Shown piece after piece: positions 62,622-64,000 of a DNA stretch of 64,000 nt. Below the pieces are notes generated by a model, which saw nothing but the letters and a program-made list of their open reading frames with translations, was not told where the DNA came from and did not search any database. This DNA comes from an uncultured bacterium. GTDB lineage: Bacteria > Actinomycetota > Acidimicrobiia > Spongiisociales > UBA5794. The stretch is from the NCBI GenBank assembly GCA_963801165.1, contig CAWDDT010000001.1:11229-75228 (forward strand), in the 5' to 3' direction. How positions within the stretch are numbered: the first letter of the stretch is position 1; each line of letters begins with the position of its first letter. A program made the position numbers and the translations under genes.

Positions 62622-63763
62622 TTTCTGCTGGAAAGCTCGACGACCTCTGGACCACGTTTGGTCCGCGCCTGGTCCGCGCGTGAGCCGTTTCTGAGCTGTT
62701 CAAGACGGTCGGTAGCGGCCTCGTCTACGCCCTCATAAAGGTGGCCGTAGACGTCGAAAACGGTCCGAGTGCTCTCATGACCGAGGCGATCCGCGACGTA
62801 TTTAGGGGACTCTCCTTGTGCGATCAACATGGCCACGTGGGTGTGCCGGAGGTCGTGCGGAGTGCACGGTCGGCCCACCGAAGCATCGACTGCGGGGTTC
62901 CAGTAGCGGGAGCGGAAACGGTTGTAATCGAGGGGACCTCCCCGGGCCATGGAGAAGATCAGGTCCGACGAGGAAGGGTGAGCGGGTATGTGGGTAACCA
63001 GCTCGTCGGCCAGGAATTGCGGGATACCGATTGTTCGCTTTGCTTTGCGGGTCTTCAGTGGTCCCGAGACCATCCGGCTGGATCCTTGCCGGGAGAGCTG
63101 CTCATCAACCCGCAGGGTTCGCCGCAGGGGATCAAGGTCGTCGGTACGGAGCGCTGCCATCTCTCCGAAACGGAGGCCGGTGTAGGCACCGGTGAGCACC
63201 AGAGTGCGGTGGCGGGCATCGATGGCGTCGGCCAGGTCCTCTACCTCGGCGGGGGCGAGGAAGCGCCTCTCAGGTGTCTCGATCTTGGGAAGCTTGACTT
63301 CCCGACACGGGGAGCGGGTAACGATGCCATCTGCGACTGCCACTCGAAAGGCGCGCGATACGATCTGGTACGCCTTGCCGATGGTGGCAGGCGCGTAGCC
63401 GCGTTCCTCCAAGCCGGCGATCCACCGCCGGATATCCATGGGACCGATGCGGACCAGCGCTTGATCGCCGAGTTCCGGGAGGATGAGACTTCGGAGCAGA
63501 CTGTGGTCTCGTGCCCGCGAAGATGGCCGGCGATTGAGACGGGTCTGCTCTACCTGGCTTGCCCATTCGCTGAATACCATTCGCCCGAGGGCCGGGTCCA
63601 CCCAGTCGCCTCGCGCCTTGTCGCGCTCCCGCTCGAGGAGCCAACGTTCAGCGTCTACCTTGCGGCGGAATGAACGCGTTCGCTCCTGCCCATCCGGGGC
63701 CCGGTAGCGAGCTTGATACGGTCTGGATCTGTCGGACCGCTTTCGTATTGATCCCACGCTCAT
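62600..63763 (-). CDS. int: Tyrosine recombinase / site-specific integrase
   Basis: N-terminal YQARYRAPDG arm-binding region, TGLRFGE, PLKT, HDLRHTH, RLGH, VYGH. Confidence 0.95.
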   Translation of the reverse strand: MSVGSIRKRSDRSRPYQARYRAPDGQERTRSFRRKVDAERWLLERERDKARGDWVDPALGRMVFSEWASQVEQTRLNRRPSSRARDHSLLRSLILPELGDQALVRIGPMDIRRWIAGLEERGYAPATIGKAYQIVSRAFRVAVADGIVTRSPCREVKLPKIETPERRFLAPAEVEDLADAIDARHRTLVLTGAYTGLRFGEMAALRTDDLDPLRRTLRVDEQLSRQGSSRMVSGPLKTRKAKRTIGIPQFLADELVTHIPAHPSSSDLIFSMARGGPLDYNRFRSRYWNPAVDASVGRPCTPHDLRHTHVAMLIAQGESPKYVADRLGHESTRTVFDVYGHLYEGVDEAATDRLEQLRNGSRADQARTKRGPEVVELSSRKPESLAT

Positions 63764-63856
63764 CCCCTTTCCATCGCCTTCGGCCCGGCACCCATTCTCT
63801 GGCGGAGCAGAGCCAACGGTACACACCGCCTATGACGACGGGCGGAGCAGCTCTCG

Positions 63857-64000
63857 TCACCTGCCGGGCTGGGACGGCTGGCGCTGTTGCGAGATCCACT
63901 GTTGGACGTCGCTCCGCCGGAAGCGGACATGGCGACCGACGCGAAATCCGGGTGGACCTTCGTGTCGGTATCGCCATGCGTAGATGGTGGCGACAGGCAC
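63857..64000 (-). CDS. xis: Excisionase-like HTH protein, 5' end outside window
   Basis: Not in ORF track. Manual translation: VPVATIYAWRYRHEGPPGFRVGRHVRFRRSDVQQWISQQ..*. Confidence 0.85.
   Translation of the reverse strand: MPVATIYAWRYRHEGPPGFRVGRHVRFRRSDVQQWISQQRQPSQPGR

Larger units (their letters stand above)
62560..64000. mobile_element. Left end of an element integrated at tRNA-Val (prophage or actinomycete ICE)
   Basis: xis-int pair pointing at the tRNA 3' end; exact att boundary and element type not visible. Confidence 0.85.

Noticed and set aside
1-64000. CRISPR array, rRNA, IS transposase or riboswitch
   Set aside because: No regularly spaced repeats, rRNA-like tracts or transposase motifs seen by eye; intergenic gaps are short. 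A covariance-model search was not possible.

Overview
High-GC actinobacterial-type chromosome (Acidimicrobiia-like by gene content; inference). In order: (1) a cyclic-nucleotide signalling cluster at 0.5-5.1 kb: cNMP-binding protein with an unrecognised N-terminal domain, REC-HTH-class III cyclase with Gln at the base-selecting Lys position, two response regulators, an MBL-fold hydrolase and a shared 17-bp operator-like motif; (2) class I fumarase; (3) an arsenic operon (ArsR-ArsC fusion, ArsC, frameshifted aquaporin); (4) a ~15-kb TetR-controlled acyl-CoA catabolic/Liv-type ABC cluster with an atypical FabH-like enzyme; (5) GH15-zwf-APC and gnd; (6) a selenocysteine peroxiredoxin (in-frame UGA plus SECIS hairpin) that the ORF track splits in two; (7) otsA, treS fused to a degenerate maltokinase domain, ATP-type pckA; (8) kbl-tdh; (9) a PspC two-component locus; (10) tRNA-Val(TAC) followed by integrase and excisionase of an integrated element that runs off the right end. 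Many genes look leaderless. All assignments come from motif recognition by eye; no database searches were run.
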